The position numbers and the translations under genes were made by a program. Of a stretch of 64,000 nucleotides of DNA, positions 39,521-48,962 are shown piece by piece. Under the pieces are notes generated by a model. The model worked only from the letters and a program-made list of their open reading frames with translations, had not been told where the DNA came from and made no database searches. The DNA is from an uncultured cyanobacterium (GTDB lineage: Bacteria > Cyanobacteriota > Cyanobacteriia > Pseudanabaenales > Pseudanabaenaceae): NCBI GenBank assembly GCA_963703315.1, contig OY969811.1, positions 544,001 through 608,000 on the forward strand, read 5' to 3'. Positions within the stretch are counted from its first letter, which is position 1. Each line of letters begins with the position of its first letter.

Positions 39521-41512
39521 ATGGATAATATTCAGATTACATCTTCAGGCATCAAAAAAGCACTTAAGAGATATGACTGTGCACATATGTCTATTGCAGA
39601 GTACATATGGAATGGATTTGATGCACAAGCTACTCAAGTATCTATATATTTTCAAGCTAATGAAATTGGGAATATATCACAGCTAAAAATAGTAGATAAT
39701 GGATATGGCATTCCTGATTCAACTAGATTTAAACCTTTTCTAGAATCAGCCAAAGAAATTGACCCTAAGTCCCCAAAGAACTCCTCAGCTATTCACGGGA
39801 AAAATGGCGTAGGTAGATTAACATTTTTTACTTTTGCTTATTCTGCCAATTGGGAAACTGTTTATGAGGAAGATGGCAAAAGATATAAATATAGTATATT
39901 GGTTGACTCTACAAGCTTAGATAAATATAAAGCATCAGATTTGACTGAGACTTTAGAACCAACAGGTACGACTGTCTTATTTAAAGGTATCTATGAAATT
40001 ACTTCTGATAATTTTGAGGCTGATATTCAAGAGTTTTTATGTAGAGATTTTTGTTGGTTTCTTGAACTCAACTCATTCCGAAGATTCTCAGTAAGAATAA
40101 ATAATGTAGAATTGAATTACAAGGAAACTATGATTGGTGAACAAGAAATTATTCATCATGATATTGAGGGTAATTCATTTAAAATAAAATTTGTAAGATG
40201 GATCCAAAGCTTAAACAGAGAATATTCAAGGTACTATTTTATAGATTCTAATGGAAACGAAATATTAAAAAATACTACCACTTTAAATAATAAAGGGGAT
40301 GGTTTCTTTCATAGCATATATATCAGCAGTGATTTTTTTGACAAGCAGAACAATGTTAATGTATATGAAACGTCTCTTTTTAAGACTACAGATGAGGGTA
40401 AAGTTTATAAAGACTTGATGGTTTTTGTCGATTGTTTACTTAAAGATAAAAGAAAACCGTTTCTTAGAAAAGCTTCTGACAAGATTATTGATAACTTTGA
40501 AAAAACTGGAGTATTTCCAAACTTTAAAAAAAATCCTTGGGAACAGTATAGAAAAGATGAACTAGAAAACTTTATCAAGGATTTATATCAGGTTGAGCCT
40601 AAAATATTCAGTGAATTGAAGATAGAACAAAAAAAAGTGTTTGTTCACTTCCTAAATCTAATAATTGACTCAGGTGAACGAGATAAACTAATTGAAGTTT
40701 TAAGTGAAATAATAACTCTTTCACATTCTGAAATAGAGCATCTAGCTGAATCATTAAAGACCTCTAAACTTTCAAATATTATCAAAACCGTTAGATTAAT
40801 AGAAGATCGATATAAGGCTATTGATCAGCTTAAAAATTTAGTTTTTAACCCTAATTTAAAAGCTAACGAACGAGATCATGTACAGAAGTTTGTCGAGAAT
40901 CACTACTGGATTTTGGGCGAACAATATCATCTTGTAACTGCTGCTGAGCCTAAATTTGATGAAGCATTGCGTCGTTTTATTTATCTTCTGAGAGGAGAAA
41001 AACCTGTCGTATCAATTGATCATCCAGACAAAAACAAAGAAATGGATATATTTATGGTTAGACAACTTTTTCATGACTCATCTATAAGTAATGTAGTTGT
41101 TGAACTAAAACATCCTAAAATCAAGCTTGGGGCAAAGGAATTAGAACAGGTAAAGACATATATGGGAGTCATATTAGAACAAGATGAATTTAATGCTCCA
41201 AATATGAACTGGGACTTTTATCTGATTGGAAATGATTTTGCTCAGTCTGGTTATATTGATCGAGAGATAAAGAATCTTAAAATGTATGGAGAAAAATCAT
41301 TGGTTTACTCTGTTGACAATTATAAAATATATGTCAAAAAGTGGAGTGAAATATTTACTGATTTTGAATTAAGACACAAATTTTTATATGAAAAACTTGA
41401 ATTAGAAAGAGCAAAACTTACTGTAACTAGTGGAAGTGCAAATACTATAGTAGCTAATATTCCCCAAAATACTGCTGTACAATCTCCACAATTTAATGTT
41501 CCAGATTATTAA
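39521..41512 (+). CDS. GHKL (HATPase_c/MORC-like) ATPase fused to a PD-(D/E)xK nuclease
   Basis: EYIWNGFDA, DNGYG, GKNGVG and GTTV ATPase boxes; C-terminal DIF...VELK...QVKTY; AT-rich with no HIP1 seen. Confidence 0.8.
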   Translation: MDNIQITSSGIKKALKRYDCAHMSIAEYIWNGFDAQATQVSIYFQANEIGNISQLKIVDNGYGIPDSTRFKPFLESAKEIDPKSPKNSSAIHGKNGVGRLTFFTFAYSANWETVYEEDGKRYKYSILVDSTSLDKYKASDLTETLEPTGTTVLFKGIYEITSDNFEADIQEFLCRDFCWFLELNSFRRFSVRINNVELNYKETMIGEQEIIHHDIEGNSFKIKFVRWIQSLNREYSRYYFIDSNGNEILKNTTTLNNKGDGFFHSIYISSDFFDKQNNVNVYETSLFKTTDEGKVYKDLMVFVDCLLKDKRKPFLRKASDKIIDNFEKTGVFPNFKKNPWEQYRKDELENFIKDLYQVEPKIFSELKIEQKKVFVHFLNLIIDSGERDKLIEVLSEIITLSHSEIEHLAESLKTSKLSNIIKTVRLIEDRYKAIDQLKNLVFNPNLKANERDHVQKFVENHYWILGEQYHLVTAAEPKFDEALRRFIYLLRGEKPVVSIDHPDKNKEMDIFMVRQLFHDSSISNVVVELKHPKIKLGAKELEQVKTYMGVILEQDEFNAPNMNWDFYLIGNDFAQSGYIDREIKNLKMYGEKSLVYSVDNYKIYVKKWSEIFTDFELRHKFLYEKLELERAKLTVTSGSANTIVANIPQNTAVQSPQFNVPDY

Positions 41513-41547
41513 ATCTATTCCTCATCTATTGTTGCCATAAATAAAAA

Positions 41548-41808
41548 CTAAAATTGAGATTTAGAACGATTTTCTCGCACAAAATCAAGACATTCAGCCA
41601 AATCATCACATTGCCAAGTTCCCGCATGACGCAACAAATCACTGGCTTTTTTATTGCGCTTCAGAGGCGGAATACGGCGAAACTGCTTATTATTCGCATC
41701 GTCTTTAGCCTCAATCGAATCAATAAAACTGCTAACCAAGAAAAGGCGTTCTAGTGGCAATTGAGCTATTTGATGTTCAACTTTTTCTCGTAACTTAGAG
41801 TAAGTCAT
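41548..41808 (-). CDS. Small antitoxin-like hypothetical protein (DUF2281-like)
   Basis: AAGGAGG RBS before MTYSK; LP.ERL..V..FI and LLRHAGTW.CDD; no toxin partner follows. Confidence 0.6.
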   Translation of the reverse strand: MTYSKLREKVEHQIAQLPLERLFLVSSFIDSIEAKDDANNKQFRRIPPLKRNKKASDLLRHAGTWQCDDLAECLDFVRENRSKSQF

Positions 41809-41945
41809 ACACACCTCCTTTGGTTAGGTAAAATAATAGCAAAGCTATTCTAATCATTATGTCATAGCTTATTTGATTGCATTAGCATGGTACATCGATC
41901 GCCTAAAAGCTATAATCAACCGCAAGTCTATAAATTTTTGTAAAT

Positions 41946-42932
41946 ATGTCGTCCCCAACCCCTGACGTACCAGCGAGCGAGTCTCGCGATGCCCGTACCC
42001 GCCAAATGCTCGGAATGAAAGGTGCGGACATTAAAGAAGCTTCGATCTGGAAGATCCGCTTGCAATTAATGAAACCGATTACGTGGATACCCCTGATGTG
42101 GGGCGTACTCTGCGGTGCTGCCTCCTCTGGTGATTTTACATGGTCAATTGAAAACGTATTGCGATCGCTACTTTGTATGCTCATGTCAGGACCTTTACTG
42201 ACAGGCTATACCCAGACGATTAACGATTACTACGATCGCGAAATTGACGCAATTAACGAACCCTATCGTCCGATTCCATCAGGAGCAATTCCCCTCAATC
42301 AAGTAATTATTCAGATTTTTGTCTTATTGCTAGGTGGTATCGGTGTTGCGGCAATCCTTGATGTGACTGCTGGGCATACTGATTTCATCATGACCAAGTT
42401 AGCGATCGGTGGCTCATTAGTTGCCTATATCTACTCTGCGCCACCTTTGAAGCTCAAGCAGAATGGTTGGCTCGGTAACTATGCTCTTGGAGCTAGCTAT
42501 ATCGCGCTTCCTTGGTGGGCTGGTCACGCGCTTTATGGCACTCTCAACTGGACAATTGTAGTTGTAACGCTGTTCTATAGTCTGGCAGGTTTAGGGATTG
42601 CCGTAGTTAACGACTTTAAGAGCGTGGAAGGCGATCGCGAATTGGGATTGAAATCTCTACCTGTGATGTTTGGAGTGCAGAAAGCTGCATTACTCTCAGC
42701 AACGGCGATCGATGTCTTCCAAATTGGCATCGCTGTTTATCTAGTTACCGTTGGTGAGCAATTACTAGCGAGTTTGATCGTGCTGTTAGTAATTCCGCAG
42801 ATTACATTCCAAGATATGTATTTCCTACGCGATCCCCTCAAGAATGATGTCAAATATCAAGCTAGCGCTCAACCATTTCTAGTAATTGGAATGCTCGTAG
42901 CAGGGATTGCGATGGGACACGCAGGTATCTAG
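41946..42932 (+). CDS. chlG: Chlorophyll synthase
   Basis: RLQLMKPITWIPL, NDYYDREIDAINEPYRPIPSG and NDFKSVEGDR. Confidence 0.97.
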   Translation: MSSPTPDVPASESRDARTRQMLGMKGADIKEASIWKIRLQLMKPITWIPLMWGVLCGAASSGDFTWSIENVLRSLLCMLMSGPLLTGYTQTINDYYDREIDAINEPYRPIPSGAIPLNQVIIQIFVLLLGGIGVAAILDVTAGHTDFIMTKLAIGGSLVAYIYSAPPLKLKQNGWLGNYALGASYIALPWWAGHALYGTLNWTIVVVTLFYSLAGLGIAVVNDFKSVEGDRELGLKSLPVMFGVQKAALLSATAIDVFQIGIAVYLVTVGEQLLASLIVLLVIPQITFQDMYFLRDPLKNDVKYQASAQPFLVIGMLVAGIAMGHAGI

Positions 42933-43066
42933 ACATTACTAAACACAAAGGAGGCACATTGTGCCTCCTTTGTGTTTGAAGGGAAATAGCTCCTAAAGGG
43001 TGATTTAGTGATCCTGAATGTTGCTTATTATCTATAGGCAAAGAGAACCGATCCATCAGAGAAAAT

Positions 43067-44353
43067 TTGCCAATATTCATGATTAAACATAAAGTCCGAA
43101 GACAACAATTGTCGAACAACCGATTAGATAAATCATTGAGCAAGGGCTTAGTCGCTGTAATCGGTGCTTTGCTAGTTTCTTGCTCCGCGAATGCTCCTCA
43201 AGGTGGCGGATTTGGTGCTATTCCTGTACCGATCGCCCCCGTAGAATCAGGGACAGTCTCTGATAGTTCTGATTACGTGGCAAATTTGCAATCGCGCCAA
43301 TCGGTGACGCTGCAACCGCGAGTCGATGGCTATGTGCAGGAAATTTATGTCAAGGCAGGCGATCGCGTAGAAGCAGGTACGCCCATCTTGCGGATTGATC
43401 CTGCTAGACAACAGGCAGCAGTCCAACAATCAGTAGCCGTTGTGGCAAGTTCACAGGCTGACTTTGAGAGTGCCAGAGCCACCCTTGCTCAACTACAAGC
43501 CGCTAAGGAATCGACTTTATCCAGTCTCGATTTTAATCAAAAAGAATATAAACGCTATGCCGATTTAGCATCACAAGGAGCGATCGCTAAGCAAAAGCTT
43601 GATGAAGTTTCTAATAATCTGAGAAATGCAAGGGCGGATTTAGGGAAAATCGATGCTCAAATCACCGCTCAGCAAGCCAATATTAATAGTGCTGCCACAA
43701 GGATTGAAGCATCTCGCGCAGGTGCAGTTCAACAGGAAGTGCAGTTAGATTTCTATACCGTAACGGCTCCTTTTGCGGGAATTGTTGGTGATATTCCAAT
43801 TAAGGTTGGTGATAACGTCAATAGTACTTCGCAACTCACGACCATAACCCAAAATCAAGTATTGGAAGTACAAATTTCGGTTCCTGTTGAGAGTGCGCCG
43901 CGATTGAAAATGGGAATGCCTGTAGAGTTACTAGATGCTCAGGATAAACCTCTTGTAAAAGGTAATGTGGCATTTATCTCGCCAAATATTAATCCACAAA
44001 CTCAATCCGTTTTAGTGAAGGCTAATTTTAATAATGGCAACAATCAACTAAAAGTAAATCAGTTTGTGAGAGCAAGATTGATTTGGTCATCTCGTGCGGG
44101 TGTGCTAGTACCAACTTCCGCGATTTCACGTCTTGGTGGTCAGGATTTTATATTTGTCGCTGAGGAGAGTTCTGTAAATGGAAAGTCTCAATTAATTGCT
44201 AAGCAAAAATCAATTAAGTTAGGAAAAATTACTGGTAATAAGCAAGAGGTTATAGAAGGTTTAACTCCTAAAGATAAGATTGTAGTTGCTGGAATTCTCC
44301 AGTTAAGGGACAATGCCGCGATCGCTCCATTACCTGAAACCCCCAAAAAATAA
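43067..44353 (+). CDS. RND efflux periplasmic adaptor (membrane fusion lipoprotein)
   Basis: Lipobox LVSC, lipoyl half-motifs (PRVDGYV...GDRV; APFAGIVG) and a long coiled coil; true start may be downstream. Confidence 0.9.
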   Translation: MPIFMIKHKVRRQQLSNNRLDKSLSKGLVAVIGALLVSCSANAPQGGGFGAIPVPIAPVESGTVSDSSDYVANLQSRQSVTLQPRVDGYVQEIYVKAGDRVEAGTPILRIDPARQQAAVQQSVAVVASSQADFESARATLAQLQAAKESTLSSLDFNQKEYKRYADLASQGAIAKQKLDEVSNNLRNARADLGKIDAQITAQQANINSAATRIEASRAGAVQQEVQLDFYTVTAPFAGIVGDIPIKVGDNVNSTSQLTTITQNQVLEVQISVPVESAPRLKMGMPVELLDAQDKPLVKGNVAFISPNINPQTQSVLVKANFNNGNNQLKVNQFVRARLIWSSRAGVLVPTSAISRLGGQDFIFVAEESSVNGKSQLIAKQKSIKLGKITGNKQEVIEGLTPKDKIVVAGILQLRDNAAIAPLPETPKK

Positions 44354-44383
44354 CTTGTGGAACTTTTACAGCGCTTTGCGCTA

Positions 44384-44547
44384 AAACCTAAGAAGCGAGT
44401 GGCGGCGCATCGCGCCGCCACTCGCTTCTTAGGTTTGCTTTGCTAAGTAGCTATGCATAAGTAAACTTAAAACCTAGAAGCTTGTGCCGCCCGCTACGCG
44501 GGCGGCACAAGCTCTGGTTTCGGTTTTTAACTATGCTGAGCTACTTA
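44384..44547. mobile_element. GC palindrome plus a family B-type element with a different core
   Basis: aaacctaagaagcgagtggcggcgc-atc-gcgccgccactcgcttcttaggttt; then taagtagct...agcttgtgccgcccgc-tac-gcgggcggcacaagct...agctactta (44444-44547). Confidence 0.75.
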
Positions 44548-44567
44548 CTAAACAAGATTTGGCATAA

Positions 44568-46736
44568 TTAGAATTTCGTGGAAGCATTGAGATTACTAGA
44601 CTGCTGCAAATTTGCTACCTGTTGTTGGACAGAAGGAGAATACAACCGCAAATAGTTCCAATAGTTACCCAACACCTTGGAAACGTAATCTCTAGTTTCA
44701 TCGTAGGGAATGCTATTCACAAACTCATCGGGATCATTGATGCGCCGTTCTTCTACCCATCGACCTACTGCCCCAGGTCCCGCATTGTAGCTAGCCACTG
44801 CCAGCATCGAGTTATTACCATATCGACTATGCGTATAGTCTAGATACCAAGTTCCAAAATTGATGTTATCTTCTGGTCGATCAAGATTGTAGTTATTCAC
44901 GCCCTTTTTGCTAGCAATCCATGAGCCAGTATCTGGCATGATTTGCATCAACCCGATCGCCCCAGAGCGAGAACGAATTTGCGCCTCAAAGCGTGATTCT
45001 TGGCGCATTAAACCAATCACAAGGGCTGGGGAAAGTTTGCGTTCATTTGCCCAGTTAGAAATCAAATCCCAATAATGGAATGGATAGAGAGAATGGATGT
45101 AAGCAGGGTGCTGCTTCAGTTTAACTATCTCCGCTTTTTGAGTATTGGAGACATCAATCCAATCAAGGCTTTCAAGAGTTCTGATACCCATCAGGTTATC
45201 TTGATTGGCAACCCGTAATACACCATCAGTAAAGATTTCCTTTGGTTCCAAAGTTCGCTTGCCACGCAATTCCGTTAACCATTGCGATCTCGCATCCCGA
45301 TCTAGACCGAGAATATATAGCTCTTGCAGTTTGGCTGATCCCGCAGGCAAAGTCTGTCTGGCACTGGGTAAAGCGATCGCGGGAGTAGTATACCGTGCTG
45401 TAGTAAAAGTACCGACATTCCAACCGAGAGAACTTGCCGATCGCCACGCATAGTAAGAATCAGGATGTTGACGGATGGTGAATTCAAATAACGTTTTGGC
45501 TTTAGCTTTATCACCAATTTGATTAGCCCATTTACCAGCCCAGAAGCTAGCTTCGGCAGTAAAAGTACTATCAGGACTATTAGCAATTAATCCGTCAACT
45601 GTGGCGATCGCCTTCTGGATTTGTCCACCGCGTGCTTGACCTTTGGCAATGCGCCAACGCAATTCCCCCGCATCGTTGCTACTGCCATAGCGACTTAACA
45701 ATAGATTGCGAACATCACTAGCTGCTTTGGGACTATCAAGTTTATCTTGCAAAATTGCAGCCTTAATCCCTAGTGCTTCCCCTGCGGTATCAGGATAATT
45801 GGCGACAATCCGATCAGTGGCAGCGATCGCCGCTTGGGGCGAGTCAATCTGGGTAATCCGAATTAAAGCGCGAGGGGCTTGGGGACTCTGGGGAAATTGC
45901 TGAACAACGCGATTGTAAGCGACGATCGCTGCATCAATTTGTTTGCCACGATGGAGGCTACGGGCGTAATTGTAAGCAGTGCTGGGATTGACTGTAGCGC
46001 GACTGTAAGCATTAGCAGCTTTGCCAAATTCAAAATTATTGTAATAGCCCTCCGCGATCGCCCACCATTGATCGGCTGTGAGTGATGGTGAACTCGCCAC
46101 CAGACGATTTAAAATCGGTACAATCTCTTTAGAATCACTAAAATAAGTCGCCAGATGCGCCATCAGATCCACTCGATTTGGCGTTTGCGCGAGTAGACGC
46201 AATGCGACTTGCTGCGATCGGGGATGAGCAGGAAATTTTTGTAAAAGCTGTTGATTTTGTCCAAGGGCAAACATCGCTTCGGCAGACGCAGGACTATCAG
46301 GGAATTTAGATAAAATCTGTTGCCAAGTTGCAGTTGCCGATTGCCGATCACTAAGTTGAGTTTGTGCCTGTGCGCGTTTGAGCAGAACGTAATCAGCTAA
46401 AATTGGATATTCTGTTTCCAATTTATCAAGAGCGGCGATCGCTTCACGGGGCTTGCGGTTGTTGAGATGAATATCTGCAATTACCAAACGAGCGCGAACA
46501 CGATTTGTATCGGGAATACTAGAGTTTTGCTGTTTGGCTTGAGTTTCTAACTGGGCAATTCTTTGATTGATCGGAGCATAGGTCAGTGGATCAAAGGATT
46601 TACCATCTCCACTACTAGCTAGGCTTGCATTCAGATTCAGATTAGATTCAGAAGAAGCAGTGATTATTGGGGTACTAGCTCCTGCTAATGTAGCACTGAG
46701 CATAAGCACGATTGACCAACGCATTAATTTTCTCAT
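44568..46736 (-). CDS. slt: Soluble lytic murein transglycosylase (Slt70-like, TPR + SLT)
   Basis: RQES, GAIGLMQIMP, ASYNAGPG and IPYDETRDYV. Confidence 0.9.
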   Translation of the reverse strand: MRKLMRWSIVLMLSATLAGASTPIITASSESNLNLNASLASSGDGKSFDPLTYAPINQRIAQLETQAKQQNSSIPDTNRVRARLVIADIHLNNRKPREAIAALDKLETEYPILADYVLLKRAQAQTQLSDRQSATATWQQILSKFPDSPASAEAMFALGQNQQLLQKFPAHPRSQQVALRLLAQTPNRVDLMAHLATYFSDSKEIVPILNRLVASSPSLTADQWWAIAEGYYNNFEFGKAANAYSRATVNPSTAYNYARSLHRGKQIDAAIVAYNRVVQQFPQSPQAPRALIRITQIDSPQAAIAATDRIVANYPDTAGEALGIKAAILQDKLDSPKAASDVRNLLLSRYGSSNDAGELRWRIAKGQARGGQIQKAIATVDGLIANSPDSTFTAEASFWAGKWANQIGDKAKAKTLFEFTIRQHPDSYYAWRSASSLGWNVGTFTTARYTTPAIALPSARQTLPAGSAKLQELYILGLDRDARSQWLTELRGKRTLEPKEIFTDGVLRVANQDNLMGIRTLESLDWIDVSNTQKAEIVKLKQHPAYIHSLYPFHYWDLISNWANERKLSPALVIGLMRQESRFEAQIRSRSGAIGLMQIMPDTGSWIASKKGVNNYNLDRPEDNINFGTWYLDYTHSRYGNNSMLAVASYNAGPGAVGRWVEERRINDPDEFVNSIPYDETRDYVSKVLGNYWNYLRLYSPSVQQQVANLQQSSNLNASTKF

Positions 46737-46930
46737 CCCGATACGTTCTTGATGCTGAGCATCCTAACATTTTTCACAGGTTGACTTATAGCACTTTTAG
46801 TATGAAAAGAAACGACGCTTTGCGTCGCTTCTTTTTTATTTTATGTTTTTATGCTTTGGGTTTCTCAAGCACAAAGTTACTAAGCGATCGCTGTACCGAC
46901 ACAATCGAAATTTGAGCGATCGCTTCTACT

Positions 46931-47533
46931 TTAATTATTACTAACTAGCCATACTTTAATATTTGTTTCTAAATTCCCAATATCTTCAGGGCATAGTTTC
47001 CGAATGCGATCATAACGATTAGCCGCTTCTTCTGCGAGAATTCCTCTACCTTGACATCTTGCTGTTAATAGCGATCGCTGTTCGGCAAACTGCACGAAAT
47101 ATCCTTTTTTAGATTTCCTTTCAGCACGAATGTCTGACCAATTCCAATTTCTGGGAAGATCGCTACATCCTGCTAAAACCCATACTTCTAACTCTTGCCA
47201 AGCATTTTCGCCTATAAATTTTTTCGGACTTTGATAGTTCTCAGCTAAAAATTCTTGCGCTCGTTTTTCAAGTCCATCAAGTTTTGCCCGTCTATCTTCA
47301 TTACCATCGCGATCAACACATACCAAGAACAAGTCGGTCATACCGCCATATCTTTGCAAAATTTCTTGAATCTTTTCCCATCGCAGGGCTTCAGCATGAC
47401 CTCGGAGGCGTGGATTTTTACAGACGGTAATTTTTGCTTTTGGCTTACCGATCGCTGTCATCATCGCTCTGACAATCGGTAGCACCATACTCTCATCATT
47501 GACAAAATCCTCAAGAATAATCAGAACATTCAT
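46931..47533 (-). CDS. TOPRIM-like (DUF4276/RloB-type) protein, partner of the AAA_21 ATPase
   Basis: hhhhED at the N-terminus, VDRDG (DxD) and ELEVW; ATGA overlap with the ATPase gene. Confidence 0.6.
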   Translation of the reverse strand: MNVLIILEDFVNDESMVLPIVRAMMTAIGKPKAKITVCKNPRLRGHAEALRWEKIQEILQRYGGMTDLFLVCVDRDGNEDRRAKLDGLEKRAQEFLAENYQSPKKFIGENAWQELEVWVLAGCSDLPRNWNWSDIRAERKSKKGYFVQFAEQRSLLTARCQGRGILAEEAANRYDRIRKLCPEDIGNLETNIKVWLVSNN

Positions 47534-48855
47534 GCGTTCTGCACCTCTTCATCTTCGAGAAAATACATCGCATCTTCTAGCCATCCTGAATCTAGTAAAC
47601 TCGATAAGCCTTCATTAGCCACAAGTTTTCTAGCGTTGGGAATGTCCATAATTTTAGTTATGCGTGACTCGGTGCGATCGCCGATTCGATACATTAAAGA
47701 AGCATATTCAAGGCTTTCAGGGCTTAAGAAATTCAACAAAAGTGGCGAATGGGTTGTGATCACAATTTGCATTGAGCCATTTGAGACTTCTTGTTCCATT
47801 AGTTGCAGCAGCAAGCTTAAACGATTGGGATGGATGCCATTTTCGGGTTCTTCAAAAAAGTAAAAGCGCGATCGCTGATTACCCAAAAGCGCCGCCAATA
47901 GTCCCAAAAATCGTAAAGTTCCATCGGATGCGCTATAAGCAGTTGTTTTCTGACCACTTGCCTCTTCGATTCTCAGTAGAACTTTGCCAGTAAAGTCTTC
48001 GGGAAAATCGAAATCTTTTGCATCCATTGGCGTTAAAGATTGCAACCAATCTAATAAGATCGCCTTGCGGATTTCATCCCTACAAATATCTAACATGACC
48101 GACGATAAATTTTCACCGCGATCACCTAAAACATTTTGACCAGCTAAAGTTGGCAGCCTCATTACTTCTGGACTAAGATCCAGAAATCTCATTTCACTTA
48201 TAGCAGTTACCGCAAGCTCACAAAATTTTTTTGCAATTGAACTATCAAAGTTTTCCCTACCCGCTTGTCCATGTGGCTTAACTCCTTTAGACACCTGAGA
48301 AATTACAGGTATGTAATTTGCTATGTAGTCATATCTTTCTATGGTTATAGGATTAGCATACACATTATAACTTTCCCAATAGTCATAAAAATGAACACCA
48401 TTAGAATTAGAAAAAGCTAATGTGTATGCTGATTGAGATTCAAAAATCGGATATTCTTTTTGCGTGCATTTCAAACTCTCTGAAATGATATATGGAACAG
48501 GATTTGCTAATCTCACTTCAATGTGGTAATCCATGTCATATTGTGTGTCGCCGTCATGAACAGAAAAAGAAATAGCGATCGTAAAAGAATCAGCCCCACA
48601 ATAAGTTATTTCCTTTGTACCGCCGCGAATACCACGCCATTGCAGCACACCACCTTCACCATATTTCTCACCAATGATTTCGGCAATACTATAGCCTCGC
48701 GAAATGCCGTGCAAAAAACGAAATGCATCACGAATATTGCTTTTGCCTGAAGCATTTGTCCCGACTAAAATTGTCAAATCTCCAAGCGAAAGCTCGGCAT
48801 TTTTAAAACTTTTAAAATTTTCTAAACGCAAACTCTTTAGCATTGAAATACTCAA
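47530..48855 (-). CDS. AAA_21/AAA_15 ABC-type ATPase (AbiEii/OLD-like)
   Basis: LENFKSF, Walker A GTNASGKS, signature SDGT, Walker B FEEPENGIHP and TTHSP. Confidence 0.9.
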   Translation of the reverse strand: MSISMLKSLRLENFKSFKNAELSLGDLTILVGTNASGKSNIRDAFRFLHGISRGYSIAEIIGEKYGEGGVLQWRGIRGGTKEITYCGADSFTIAISFSVHDGDTQYDMDYHIEVRLANPVPYIISESLKCTQKEYPIFESQSAYTLAFSNSNGVHFYDYWESYNVYANPITIERYDYIANYIPVISQVSKGVKPHGQAGRENFDSSIAKKFCELAVTAISEMRFLDLSPEVMRLPTLAGQNVLGDRGENLSSVMLDICRDEIRKAILLDWLQSLTPMDAKDFDFPEDFTGKVLLRIEEASGQKTTAYSASDGTLRFLGLLAALLGNQRSRFYFFEEPENGIHPNRLSLLLQLMEQEVSNGSMQIVITTHSPLLLNFLSPESLEYASLMYRIGDRTESRITKIMDIPNARKLVANEGLSSLLDSGWLEDAMYFLEDEEVQNA

Positions 48856-48878
48856 TAAGTAAGTTGTTGGAATTAAAA

Positions 48879-48956
48879 GTAGGATGGGTTAGCGATAGCG
48901 TAACCCATCATTGCCAACTAATAATTGATGCGTTACGTTTCACTAACGCATCCTAC
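48879..48956. repeat. GTAG-type REP doublet in inverted orientation (REPIN-like)
   Basis: GTAGGATGGGTTAGCGATAGCGTAACCCATC and, on the opposite strand, GTAGGATGCGTTAGTGAAACGTAACGCATC. Confidence 0.75.
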
Positions 48957-48962
48957 ATTTAA

